Positions 38,719 through 47,896 of a DNA stretch of 64,000 nt are shown here, one piece after another. A program made the translations under genes and the position numbers. Where the stretch lies: positions 31,540-95,539 of the forward strand of contig CAYZCW010000003.1 in assembly GCA_964477035.1 (NCBI GenBank), written 5' to 3'. The notes under the pieces were generated by a model. The model did not search any database. It was given only the letters and a program-made list of their open reading frames with translations, and had not been told where the DNA came from. This stretch comes from an uncultured Bacteroidales bacterium (GTDB taxonomy: Bacteria; Bacteroidota; Bacteroidia; Bacteroidales; UBA7960). The stretch's first letter is position 1. Every line of letters starts with the position of its first letter.

Positions 38719-40374
38719 ATGCCCCTGCCCATCCGACGATATCCAAAAAAAGCACGCTTCCTCAGCAACGGCTGGGTGCTCATCGCACTCATCACCTCCC
38801 TGCTGGTGGCCCTGCCCCTGCTGGTCATATTCCCGGAGGTATTCGTGTCGGGGGATGAGACCTGGCGGCACATCCTGCACCGGCTCATTCCGTCCTATGC
38901 CCTGAACACCTTGTTGCTGATGGCCGGAGTCGCCGCCCTGACGTTCCTGATGGGGGTCAGCACGGCCTGGCTGGTCACCCTGTACGACTTCCCGGGCAGG
39001 CGCTTTTTTCAGTGGGCGCTGATCCTGCCCATCTCCATCCCGGCCTACATCCTGGGCTTCACCTGGGCGGGGATCCTGGACTATACCTCACCGGTTTACG
39101 TGTTCCTGAGGAACCACTTCGGGGTGGACACCGGGCCCTACCTGCTGTTCAACATCCTGTCGCTGCCCGGGGCCATCCTGGTGCTGTCGCTTTCCCTCTA
39201 CCCCTATGTTTACCTGATCACCCGGGCCTATTTCATGAAACAGTCGGCCTCCCTGCTGGAAGTGGCTGCCTCGCTGGGGCGCAAACCCATGCAGGCTTTC
39301 TTCTCCGCCGCCCTCCCGCTGGCCAGGCCGGCCATCGTGGCAGGCATTTCTCTGGCGCTGATGGAGGTATTGAACGACTACGGACTGGCACGCTACTATG
39401 GCGTGGATACATTCACGACGGGCATCTTCACCGCCTGGTTCGCCTTCGGGAACGCCTCCGCGGCCATGAAGCTGTCGGCCTACCTGATGGTGCTTGTGCT
39501 GGCGCTGATCCTGCTGGAACGTTACCAGCGCGGACAGATGCGGTACGAAGTGGTGGGCAGCCATTACCGCCCGCCGGGGATCCGCCGCCTCCGCGGCCTG
39601 CGCCAGGCAGCCGCCCTGGGGCTCTGCCTGCTGCCCCTGCTGCCGGGCTTCATCTTCCCCCTCTCCATGCTGTTCCACTGGAGCCTGCAGACCGCGGCCC
39701 AGGTGCTGGACATCCGGTTCTGGGAACTCATCCGCAACAGTTTTCTGCTGGCCCTGGCGGCCTCGGCCGTGGTGGTGATCGTCAGCCTGTTCATCGCCTT
39801 TACGGTGCGCAGCTTCCCGGGCCGCCTGGTGCGGGCACTGGCGCGGATCGCCACCCTGGGCTATGCCCTGCCGGGCGCGGTGGTGGCCATCGGCATCATG
39901 GTGCCGTTCCTCTGGCTGGACGGCCGGCTGGCCGCAGCCATGCCCGGGCTGGGGGTCGCGCTCAGCGGCACCTGGTTTGCCCTGGTTTACGCCTATATGG
40001 TGCGGTTCCTGGCCGTGGGCTACCACAGCATGGAAAGCGGCATGGCCGGGCTTTCCCATTCGATGGACGAGGCCTCCCGCTCGCTGGGACATACAAACCT
40101 GAACACCTTGCGCAAAGTGATCCTGCCGTTGATGAAGGCGCCGGTGCTCAGCGCCACCCTGCTGGTGTTCATCGACGTGCTCAAGGAATTGCCGCTGACG
40201 CTGATCCTCCGTCCGTTCAACTTCGACACCCTGGCCATCAGGGCCTTTGAATATGCGTCGGATGAGCGGGTGGCCGAGGCGGCGCCGGCCGCGCTGATCA
40301 TCGTGCTGGTGGGGATCGTGCCGGCCTTCCTGCTTAACCGGATGATGGGGGGCAAGACCGTGCTGCATAGCTGA
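38719..40374 (+). CDS. Iron ABC transporter permease (FbpB type, duplicated MetI-like domains)
   Basis: About 550 aa with two permease halves carrying EAA-like loops (EVAASLGRKPMQAFFSAALPLARPA and DEASRSLGHTNLNTLRKVILPLMKAP). The ORF-track start at 38590 overlaps fbpA and was trimmed. Confidence 0.85.
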   Translation: MPLPIRRYPKKARFLSNGWVLIALITSLLVALPLLVIFPEVFVSGDETWRHILHRLIPSYALNTLLLMAGVAALTFLMGVSTAWLVTLYDFPGRRFFQWALILPISIPAYILGFTWAGILDYTSPVYVFLRNHFGVDTGPYLLFNILSLPGAILVLSLSLYPYVYLITRAYFMKQSASLLEVAASLGRKPMQAFFSAALPLARPAIVAGISLALMEVLNDYGLARYYGVDTFTTGIFTAWFAFGNASAAMKLSAYLMVLVLALILLERYQRGQMRYEVVGSHYRPPGIRRLRGLRQAAALGLCLLPLLPGFIFPLSMLFHWSLQTAAQVLDIRFWELIRNSFLLALAASAVVVIVSLFIAFTVRSFPGRLVRALARIATLGYALPGAVVAIGIMVPFLWLDGRLAAAMPGLGVALSGTWFALVYAYMVRFLAVGYHSMESGMAGLSHSMDEASRSLGHTNLNTLRKVILPLMKAPVLSATLLVFIDVLKELPLTLILRPFNFDTLAIRAFEYASDERVAEAAPAALIIVLVGIVPAFLLNRMMGGKTVLHS

Positions 40375-40419
40375 TGGGGGCGCGCCCCTGTGGGGGCAAC
40401 ACAAAAGAAAGGAACAACC

Positions 40420-41475
40420 ATGAACACCCTTGAAATAAAAAACCTGCACAAGAAGTTCCCCGGAACCCAGGCCTATGCCGTGAGGGATTTCTCCCTGGAG
40501 GTCGCCCGGGGAGAGATCATGGCCCTGTTGGGAGAGAGCGGATGCGGCAAAACCACGATCCTTCGGATGATCGCCGGGTTTGAAACCCCGACCCGGGGGG
40601 AGATCCTGCTCAACGGCGAGGTGGTCAGCAGCGACCGGTTGTTTGTGGAGCCCGGGAAAAGAGGGGTCGGCATCGTGTTTCAGGACTATGCCCTCTTTCC
40701 GCATAAGACCGTGTGGGAGAACATCTGCTTCGGACTGTTCCGGCATGGACGGGAGGAAAGGAGCGAAAAGGCCGTGGCGATCATCCAGCTGGCGGGACTG
40801 CAAGGACTGGAACAGCGGTATCCGCACCAGCTGAGCGGCGGACAAAAACAACGGGTGGCCCTGGCGCGTGCGCTGGCCCCCGAGCCGGGCATCATCCTGT
40901 TCGACGAGCCGTTCAGCAACCTGGACTCCATGCGCAAGACCCAGATGCGCGAGGACATCCGCGACATCATCCGGAAGTCCGGCGCCACGGCCGTTTTCGT
41001 CACCCACGACACCCGGGATGTGCTGGCCATCGCCGACCGGGTCGCCGTGATCCGCGATGGGGTCAACCTGCAGACCGGCCCGCCCGGGGAGGTCTATGCC
41101 CATCCGACGAACCCCTATGTGGCCCGCTTCTTCGGCAAGACCAACCTGATGCGGGGCGTCATTGCCGAAGGGGGCTACCAGACCCCCATCGGTTTCATCC
41201 CGGCCGACCTGCCGCTGCCGGCGTCCATGAAAGAGGTGATGCTGTCCATCCGGCCGGGGCATTTTGAACCCGCCGGAGAAGAAGAGGGCTGTTTCTGCGG
41301 CAGGATCAAACGCCGAAGCTTCCTGGGCGAATACCTGGAAGTGGTTTGTGCGGTGAAGGGGCCCGGCGGACAGGAAACCGAGGTGGTGATCCACGCCCCG
41401 CCCGGGCACGACTGCGACAGCGGCATCTGCCATTTCCGGTACCGGGGCGACAGACATCCGGGGGTAATGGGCTAG
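40420..41475 (+). CDS. ABC transporter ATP-binding protein (FbpC/PotA type)
   Basis: Walker A is GESGCGKTT, the signature is LSGGQKQRVALARAL, and Walker B is ILFDEPFS. A C-terminal TOBE-like region follows. Confidence 0.9.
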   Translation: MNTLEIKNLHKKFPGTQAYAVRDFSLEVARGEIMALLGESGCGKTTILRMIAGFETPTRGEILLNGEVVSSDRLFVEPGKRGVGIVFQDYALFPHKTVWENICFGLFRHGREERSEKAVAIIQLAGLQGLEQRYPHQLSGGQKQRVALARALAPEPGIILFDEPFSNLDSMRKTQMREDIRDIIRKSGATAVFVTHDTRDVLAIADRVAVIRDGVNLQTGPPGEVYAHPTNPYVARFFGKTNLMRGVIAEGGYQTPIGFIPADLPLPASMKEVMLSIRPGHFEPAGEEEGCFCGRIKRRSFLGEYLEVVCAVKGPGGQETEVVIHAPPGHDCDSGICHFRYRGDRHPGVMG

Positions 41476-41558
41476 CGGGTGTCCCCTGGAGGATTGCCTG
41501 GCGGCCATCCCAATAACCCCCTCCGGGTGTCCCCTGGAGGATTGCCTGGCGGCCATCC
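41476..41558 (+). repeat. Two copies of a 35-bp direct repeat (CGGGTGTCCCCTGGAGGATTGCCTGGCGGCCATCC) with a 13-bp spacer
   Basis: The copies at 41476-41510 and 41524-41558 are identical, and the first starts right after the fbpC stop codon. Confidence 0.85.
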
Positions 41559-41580
41559 TCCAGGGAGGCAGGTCTCAAAA

Positions 41581-41614
41581 CAAAGGAAAGCCTGATTTCG
41601 TTTCACGAAATCAA
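41581..41614 (+). terminator. Rho-independent terminator of the Fe3+ ABC operon
   Basis: CCTGATTTCG-tttca-CGAAATCAAGG (one bulge) is followed by CATTTTTT. Confidence 0.6.
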
Positions 41615-41662
41615 GGCATTTTTTCACAGGCCCCTCAGGAAGCAAGCTTCCCAGGGTCCTGG

Positions 41663-41695
41663 AAAAAAAAGCCTGTCAGCAAATTGCTGACAGGC
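41663..41695 (-). terminator. Rho-independent terminator of tRNA-Pro
   Basis: On the minus strand GCCTGTCAGCAA-t-TTGCTGACAGGC is followed by TTTTTTTT, starting about 12 nt after the tRNA 3' end. Confidence 0.75.
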
Positions 41696-41707
41696 TTTCC
41701 TTTGTTT

Positions 41708-41785
<78 letters not shown>

Positions 41786-41842
41786 AAATTCAGGGGGCAA
41801 AGTTAAGGATAAATTCTTTTGTCGCAAACCATTTTGACATTT

Positions 41843-42259
41843 TCACTTATCCAGTTCCTCCCGCAACTTCCTGGGCAGCGACGCCACCACCAGATCGTAA
41901 GAGTCCCGGATCCACTGCTTCACCAGCGGCACGGGCAGGGAACCGTCCATCAGCAGGGTGTTCCAGTGTTTTTTATTCATGTGGTAACCGGGCAGCACCG
42001 CCGGATAGCGCTCCCGCAGCGCCATGGCCTGCTCCGGGTCGCATTTCACATTGACCGAGTCGAAGGCATCCACGTCGGTGAGGCAGAACATTTTGCCCTG
42101 GACGTAAAACACCAGGGTGCTTTCGTCGAAGGGGAATTTCTCAGTGGCCCCTTTGAATGACAGACAGAATTCGCGAAATGATTCAATGTCCATACTGAAT
42201 GCATAATTTCGTGTCCGTTCAACGATCCCCTTATGCAGCCCGGTAAATAAATTATTCAT
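41843..42259 (-). CDS. MmcQ/YjbR-family protein
   Basis: Contains FKGATEKFPFDESTLVFYVQGKMFCL...VNVKCDPE...GYHMNKKHWNT, typical of YjbR. It overlaps the helicase stop by 4 bp. The start may be the internal MDIESF. Confidence 0.8.
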   Translation of the reverse strand: MNNLFTGLHKGIVERTRNYAFSMDIESFREFCLSFKGATEKFPFDESTLVFYVQGKMFCLTDVDAFDSVNVKCDPEQAMALRERYPAVLPGYHMNKKHWNTLLMDGSLPVPLVKQWIRDSYDLVVASLPRKLREELDK

Positions 42260-44631
42260 TCCTCTGGAACCAGGCTCCCAGTGGAATCTTCCTCCCCGTC
42301 CCTGCCCATCGCCGCCAGGGCATACCGCACATCTCCGTAGGAGAACTCATCGCCCAGCACGGCCATGATGTCTTTCAGCCGCGTGGAGCCCACGGCCGCG
42401 GAGGCGGCCATGATCTTGCCCAGCTTGTCCCGGTCCAGCAGCCGTTCCACGTTCAGGCGGCCTGCGGCCACGCAGGCCGCCAGGTGGGTTTCGATGGTCG
42501 TATAGGCCAGCGACCGCAGCCCGGCGATCTCTTCGACCGAACAGCCTTGCCCGAACAGCTCCAGGGTGGTTTCGGCCGAGGGTCCCGGCAGCGGCTTCTC
42601 CTCATCCCACCGGGCACGTTCCCCGGTACGCCCGCCGGGGCGGCCTTCTTGCTTCGGGGCCTGGCCCGTCCGGCGGCGCCCCCCCATTTTCTGGCGGCCG
42701 GCCTTTCCTTTGCCCATCCGGTCTCCCGGGCCGGAGCGGCCCGCCCCTTCCGACTGACGCCGCCGCTCCGGGGCCAGCCGGGCCTCCTCCAGCACCGTCC
42801 GGTCCACCTCCCGCCCTTCCATCACCGAGCGCACCAGCGCCCCGGCCTTATTTATCCGACGAAGCTTTTCAAAAAACACACCCTCCAGCTCCCGCAGCTC
42901 CCGCACATACTTTTTTACCCCGGACAGCCCCTCCAGCTCGCCGATGTGTGCAAAGACCCGGGTCGAGAAGGCATTCAGGCGGGGCGAGAAGTAGCCGGTG
43001 GCCGCCTCCACCCGCTCTTTCAGGAAGGCGAGCTCGTCTCCTTCCGCATCCGGCCGCCGGCGTCTGAGCTGGCTCAGAAAGCGTTCGCCCACCACGGGGA
43101 GTAATCCCACCTCGCCCAGCAGCCCCTCCGCCCAGGGACGGAACCGCTGCTTGGCCGACCGCCCCTCCTCCTTGTCGTAGGTGTCCACATGGGCCTTACA
43201 GGCCGCCTGCAGGCCGCCGAAATCGAAGGCCCGCGCCATCTCCTCCCGCAGGTAGCGCCGGGACTCTTCCCGCAGCAGCCGCTGCAGGGCCTCCGGTGCC
43301 TCACGCCTCACCGGCAGGCCGGCCAGCACCGCATCGGGGGCCAGGCTGCGCTCCGGCAGGGGGGCTGTCAGCACCAGCCCGTCCAGTCCCCTCAGGCGCG
43401 ACAGGGCCACGTACACCTGTCCGGGTGCGAAGGCCGCCGATACGTCGATGGCCGCCTTGTCGAAGGTCAGCCCCTGGCTCTTGTGCACCGTGATCGCCCA
43501 GGCCAGCCGGACCGGAAGCTGGGTGAAGGTTCCCTTGACTTTTTCCTCGATGTCCCCGCTCTCCCGGTTCAGGCTGTAGCTCTTGTTCTCCCATGTGTAC
43601 CGGTTCACCCCGGCCGGAGGGGAGCCGTCGGCAAAGACCACTTCGATGTCCTCCCCGTCGATGTGGTCGATGGTGCCCACCTTGCCGTTGAAGTAGCGTC
43701 CCTCCCCCGAATAGTCGTTCTTGATGAACATCACCTGGGCGCCCTCTTTCAACTCCAGCCGGGCCTCCATGGGATACTGGTGCTCCCCGAAATCCCCGTC
43801 CACCACCGCATCGAAAAACCAGGACCGCCCCTCAAGCCGTTCCAGGGCCTTGCGGTTGATGGCCTCTGCACGGACATTGTGGGTGGTCAGAAACACATGC
43901 CCCTCCCCGGCCGTCGGGTCGAAGGACGGGTCCACCAGCTCGTTGAGCATCGCGGCCTCCTCATGGCCCACACGGTTTTCCCGCACCTTGTTCAAGAGGG
44001 AAATAAAGCGGGGGTCGCGCTGCCGGTACACCGTCTCCAGCTCCAGGTAAAGGGGAGGCTGGTGCGCCAGGGCACGGGCCTGGAAGAAGTGCATCGTCGG
44101 ATAGTGTTGCCGCAACAGCCCCCATTCCTCCTGCTTCACCACCGGAGGCAGCTGGAACAGGTCGCCGATAAAAAGGAGCTGCACCCCGCCGAAGGGACGG
44201 TGGCGCTGCCGCCTGACCGCCCGCAGCACCGTGTCGATGGCGTCCAGCAGGTCGGCCCGCAGCATGCTCACCTCGTCGATGATCAGCAGCTCCATCTCGC
44301 TGAGCAGCCGCCGCTTGTGGCTGTGCAGGCGAAGCTGGCGCATCAGTGAGCGGGGGGTGTTCAGGGGAAAGGACATGGGCACATCCCCGGGAAGGGCATC
44401 CGACGGAATGAAAGCGCCGAAAGGCAACTGAAACAGGGAATGCAGGGTCACCCCCCCTGCATGGATGGCCGCGATGCCGGTGGGGGCGGCCACCACGGTC
44501 TTCTTGTGGGTCCGGGACACCACCTCTTTCAGGAAGGTGGTCTTGCCCGTGCCGGCCCGCCCCGTGAGGAACAGGGGACAGTCCGTGCTGTTGATGAAGA
44601 GGGAGGCCAGTCGGGCAGGGGATTCGGACAT
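42256..44631 (-). CDS. PIF1/RecD-like superfamily-1 helicase with a C-terminal helix-turn-helix domain
   Basis: Contains LFLTGRAGTGKTTFLK (Walker A), LIIDEVSM (Walker B), GDLFQLPPV, AITVHKSQGLTF and YVALSR. An Arg/Gly/Lys-rich low-complexity linker is followed by a conserved C-terminal HTH-like module. Confidence 0.85.
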   Translation of the reverse strand: MSESPARLASLFINSTDCPLFLTGRAGTGKTTFLKEVVSRTHKKTVVAAPTGIAAIHAGGVTLHSLFQLPFGAFIPSDALPGDVPMSFPLNTPRSLMRQLRLHSHKRRLLSEMELLIIDEVSMLRADLLDAIDTVLRAVRRQRHRPFGGVQLLFIGDLFQLPPVVKQEEWGLLRQHYPTMHFFQARALAHQPPLYLELETVYRQRDPRFISLLNKVRENRVGHEEAAMLNELVDPSFDPTAGEGHVFLTTHNVRAEAINRKALERLEGRSWFFDAVVDGDFGEHQYPMEARLELKEGAQVMFIKNDYSGEGRYFNGKVGTIDHIDGEDIEVVFADGSPPAGVNRYTWENKSYSLNRESGDIEEKVKGTFTQLPVRLAWAITVHKSQGLTFDKAAIDVSAAFAPGQVYVALSRLRGLDGLVLTAPLPERSLAPDAVLAGLPVRREAPEALQRLLREESRRYLREEMARAFDFGGLQAACKAHVDTYDKEEGRSAKQRFRPWAEGLLGEVGLLPVVGERFLSQLRRRRPDAEGDELAFLKERVEAATGYFSPRLNAFSTRVFAHIGELEGLSGVKKYVRELRELEGVFFEKLRRINKAGALVRSVMEGREVDRTVLEEARLAPERRRQSEGAGRSGPGDRMGKGKAGRQKMGGRRRTGQAPKQEGRPGGRTGERARWDEEKPLPGPSAETTLELFGQGCSVEEIAGLRSLAYTTIETHLAACVAAGRLNVERLLDRDKLGKIMAASAAVGSTRLKDIMAVLGDEFSYGDVRYALAAMGRDGEEDSTGSLVPEE

Positions 44632-44689
44632 GGGGGCGGCGGGTTTTTCCGGTTCTTGGAGGCCTTACAGGCTGCGTGACTCTGCCCTT

Positions 44690-44697
44690 CAAAAATA
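44690..44697 (-). promoter_or_regulatory. Candidate -7 box (TATTTTTG) for the helicase-yjbR operon
   Basis: Exact TAnnTTTG match on the minus strand, 58 nt upstream of the ATG at 44631. Confidence 0.3.
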
Positions 44698-44804
44698 CGG
44701 TTTTCCGCCGAGCGGAAACAGCCCGCGGCAAAGAATCCTCCCAACGGCCGGATGGGCCGCTTACCAAAAAAATGCTATTTTTAATGCGCTGCAAAACCGA
44801 CCCG

Positions 44805-46061
44805 ATGACCGGACAAAACCAGCTGAACGAACCCAGGGCCGCCGGAAGCCATCCCGGCGCATGGCGGCTGTTCCTGGAGTTTTTGAAGCTCGGTTCGGTG
44901 GCCTTCGGCGGTCCCGCAGCGCATGCCGCACTGATGGAGCAGGAGCTGGTCAGCCGCCGCAAATGGTTGTCTCACCAGCAGTTTCTCGATTTCCTGGGGG
45001 CGGTGAACCTCATCCCCGGACCCAACTCCACCCAGATGACGATGCTGGTCGGATACAAGCTGCGCGGACTGCCCGGCATGCTGGCCACAGGCTTCGGGTT
45101 CATTATCCCTGCGGCCCTGATCACCGGCCTGCTGGCCTGGCTGTATGTTACCTACGGCCAGGTCCCGGCGGTGGAGGGTTTGTTCTTCGGACTGAAGCCG
45201 GCCGTGATCGCAGTGATCGCCGGGGCCATCCTGAATCTGGGCCAAAAGGCTCTTAAGGGGTTCTGGCTGGGGGTGCTGGGGGTGCTCACCCTGGGAGCCA
45301 CCCTGGCCGGTCTCGGAGAGATTGTGGCCATCCTGGGCGCCGGCGCACTGGGCATGCTGGCCTTCGGAATGCACACCCTGGTGCGCGGAAAAAACAAACC
45401 GAAGGACAAGCCCCCGGACAGCGGGACGCCAAACGACCGAAAAGGCAATGGCCCGGGCAAGCCCGGCGGCGGCGGACTGAAAGGGCTGATGCCCCTCCCC
45501 CTGCTGGCCACTGCTTCTGCAGCCCTGGCATCCTACTCCCTCCTGAAACTCTTCTGGGTCTTCGCCAGGATCGGGGCGGTGCTGTTTGGCACCGGCTATG
45601 TCCTGGTGGCTTACCTGGACGGGGAACTGGTCGAAAAGCTGGGCTGGATCACCCGTGAGCAGCTGCTCGATGCCATCGCCATCGGGCAGTTCACACCGGG
45701 ACCCATCCTGACGGCCGCCACTTTCATCGGATACCTTCTCGACGGCGTCCCGGGCGCCCTGGCGGCCACGGCAGGCATCTTCCTGCCTTCCTTTGTTTTC
45801 ATCCTGCTGCTCTACCCGGTCATCCCCCGCCTGAGGCGCTCCCCTTACACCTCCGCATTCCTGGACTCGGTCAATATGGCGGCCGTGGCTGTCATGCTCA
45901 GCGTCACCATCCTGATGACCATCGACACCGCCACCGACTGGCGGACTGCCCTCATCCTTGGGCTGGCCCTCGGGGTGGTATTCGGACTGAAAAAGATCGG
46001 TTCCGTCTGGATCATACTGGGCGGGGCCGCCCTGGGCTATCTCCTGCAGCTCATCTTCTGA
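44805..46061 (+). CDS. chrA: Chromate ion transporter (ChrA, fused two-domain CHR protein)
   Basis: Contains FLKLGSVAFGGPAAHAALMEQELV..RKWLS...GAVNLIPGPNSTQM, with a second CHR half (FGTGYVLVAYL...GQFTPGPILTAATFIGY). The start is uncertain (ATG at 44772, 44784 or 44805). Confidence 0.85.
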   Translation: MTGQNQLNEPRAAGSHPGAWRLFLEFLKLGSVAFGGPAAHAALMEQELVSRRKWLSHQQFLDFLGAVNLIPGPNSTQMTMLVGYKLRGLPGMLATGFGFIIPAALITGLLAWLYVTYGQVPAVEGLFFGLKPAVIAVIAGAILNLGQKALKGFWLGVLGVLTLGATLAGLGEIVAILGAGALGMLAFGMHTLVRGKNKPKDKPPDSGTPNDRKGNGPGKPGGGGLKGLMPLPLLATASAALASYSLLKLFWVFARIGAVLFGTGYVLVAYLDGELVEKLGWITREQLLDAIAIGQFTPGPILTAATFIGYLLDGVPGALAATAGIFLPSFVFILLLYPVIPRLRRSPYTSAFLDSVNMAAVAVMLSVTILMTIDTATDWRTALILGLALGVVFGLKKIGSVWIILGGAALGYLLQLIF

Positions 46062-46094
46062 GGGCAGGGCTGCCGGATTGTGGTATATTTTTTG

Positions 46095-46102
46095 TACCTT
46101 TG
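46095..46102 (+). promoter_or_regulatory. Candidate -7 box (TACCTTTG) for ssrA
   Basis: Exact TAnnTTTG match, 15 nt upstream of the mature tmRNA 5' end. Confidence 0.4.
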
Positions 46103-46117
46103 TCCCTGCAAACCCAT

Positions 46118-46491
46118 GGGGCTGATATGGATTAGACAGCAGGTCTGGTGGGAGTGTAAGCATGCCGAGCGTCGTGATTCTGGCTCGTAAATCCCAGGCG
46201 CATCGCCTATAAACGGCAACTCTAACTACGCAATGGCCGCTTAATAACAGTTATTAAGCGCCGTTTGTTTCCCGGGAAGCCACGCCTGGCCGCGTCCCCA
46301 AGGAAACATCATCAAAAGCCGGGATACGTCATGCAAGGCCCTGGTGCATGGCCGACAATCAAAAGGGCTCAGGCAAGCGGTGGGGCCGCCTGTTCCCAGC
46401 CGCAAGCCGAATCCAAAACTACAGGATAAGCATGTAGAAAGCATTTCTGTCGCTTGTTTGGACGAGGGTTCAAATCCCTCCAGCTCCACCA
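46118..46491 (+). ncRNA. ssrA: tmRNA (SsrA), tag peptide GNSNYAMAA
   Basis: The 5' end GGGGCTGATATGGATTAGAC and the 3' end GGACGAGGGTTCAAATCCCTCCAGCTCCACCA form the tRNA-Ala-like domain. The tag reading frame is GGC AAC TCT AAC TAC GCA ATG GCC GCT TAA TAA at 46215-46247. Confidence 0.95.
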
Positions 46492-46500
46492 GAATTGAAG

Positions 46501-46532
46501 GCCGCCGGGACAACTCCCGGCGGCTTTTTTTT
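46501..46532 (+). terminator. Rho-independent terminator of ssrA
   Basis: GCCGCCGGGA-caac-TCCCGGCGGC is followed by TTTTTTTT. Confidence 0.85.
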
Positions 46533-46656
46533 ATGCCTGGATGCGTGGATTTGATTTTTGCCATAAATATCATACCTTTATGTATACGCATATTGATATA
46601 ATTATTTAAAATCGACAAAACAGACAATTGTGGCTACTCAAGGACAGGTGCTGGAC

Positions 46657-47226
46657 ATGTCCCCCCTGGGCATGGTATTCACCGTAATAAAAAGCAAAGC
46701 CGACACGGACGGGAAAGCCCTTGAACTGGAATGGGAATTGCTGCCCGGATGCAATATGGTGGATCCACTCCACCACATTCATCCGCATGCCATGGAAACC
46801 TACCATATCCTTGAAGGAGAAATGGAGTTTTTTATCAGGGACAAATGGGTCCGTGCAAAAAAAGGGGATCGCCTGGTCGTGGAGAAAGGCGTCAGGCACA
46901 CCTTCAGGAACCCGACAGACTCCGTCGTGAGGGTCTTTAACACGCATGAACCGGCCCTCGCCATGGAGGATTATTTTGAAGACGTGGTCAGGGTGATCGA
47001 TGTGGCAAGCAACAAGCGGACAAGAAAAGTCAGCATGAAAAACCCGAGGTCCATGCTGTTGTTCGGGGTACTCATGCGCAATTACCGCAAGGAAATCATC
47101 GCCGTGAAACCCCCTGATCTCCTGGTGCGGGTAATGGGAGGGATTGCCCGTGTCCTCGGCGTGGACTACAGGAAAGGGGACATCAGGCCACCCTATGCAG
47201 CCGCACCAGCAGGAAACCGGCCATGA
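46657..47226 (+). CDS. Cupin-domain protein
   Basis: Contains HIHPHAMETYHILEGEMEFFI...GDRLVVEKGVRHTFRN, a two-motif cupin signature. The start is uncertain (GTG 46630 or ATG 46657). The 3' end overlaps the convergent gene by 44 bp. Confidence 0.7.
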   Translation: MSPLGMVFTVIKSKADTDGKALELEWELLPGCNMVDPLHHIHPHAMETYHILEGEMEFFIRDKWVRAKKGDRLVVEKGVRHTFRNPTDSVVRVFNTHEPALAMEDYFEDVVRVIDVASNKRTRKVSMKNPRSMLLFGVLMRNYRKEIIAVKPPDLLVRVMGGIARVLGVDYRKGDIRPPYAAAPAGNRP

Positions 47227-47896
47227 GGATCATGCCTAAAGCAAGCGCCCAGTCGGATAGCGGCACGGATGCGGGTGGCTCTCCTTCCACGTTGCCCAGG
47301 CATAAAAGGACATTCGAACTCGTTACCACCCAAGTGTTGGAAAGTCTTTGAAGTACATTCCCCCCTGAATAAACAGTCCAGGCAAAACCCTCACTGCAAG
47401 TCGCCCCTTTCCTGGTAATCCCGATCCAGCCATTCAACTGGGTAATGGTGGTTTCCAGGGGGATATCGATCTGATAATGGTTTGTTGGCCCCCAGGGGGT
47501 AGTCCCCACGAGGGAGGTGGCGCCGGTCAGGCTTCCGGAGAATACCAGGACGCCGCCGGTGGATGGGTTTCCGTTCCAGATGAATACATCAAAGGCTTCG
47601 GTGTCATTCATGGAACAACCAAAATAATCCCCTCCCCAGACCCGGATCATGTTGAATGGGGCGGTGGCAGCGTAATCATCAGCAACGAGGTCTCCTGGTT
47701 CCCCTGCCTGAGAGAAATATCCATTGTCATAGGAGCCGAATACCTGACTGAAAACAGCCCCGGAAGGACAAACGAATTCTTCGTCCAGCATTACAGGCGT
47801 GATCGGGCCTTCCTCCGGTGACCGCACGGAGGAAACCTGAGCCATGGAGGCCGAGGCCAGCAGAATCATAACCAATACTGACAGAATCTTTTTCAT
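47183..47896 (-). CDS. Secreted protein of unknown function with an IPTL-CTERM-like C-terminal sorting tail
   Basis: The signal peptide is MKKILSVLVMILLASASMAQ and the tail is PPASVPLSDWALALGMILMAGFLLVRLHRVA. The tail has the same architecture as that of the 2973..3863 protein. Confidence 0.7.
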   Translation of the reverse strand: MKKILSVLVMILLASASMAQVSSVRSPEEGPITPVMLDEEFVCPSGAVFSQVFGSYDNGYFSQAGEPGDLVADDYAATAPFNMIRVWGGDYFGCSMNDTEAFDVFIWNGNPSTGGVLVFSGSLTGATSLVGTTPWGPTNHYQIDIPLETTITQLNGWIGITRKGATCSEGFAWTVYSGGNVLQRLSNTWVVTSSNVLLCLGNVEGEPPASVPLSDWALALGMILMAGFLLVRLHRVA

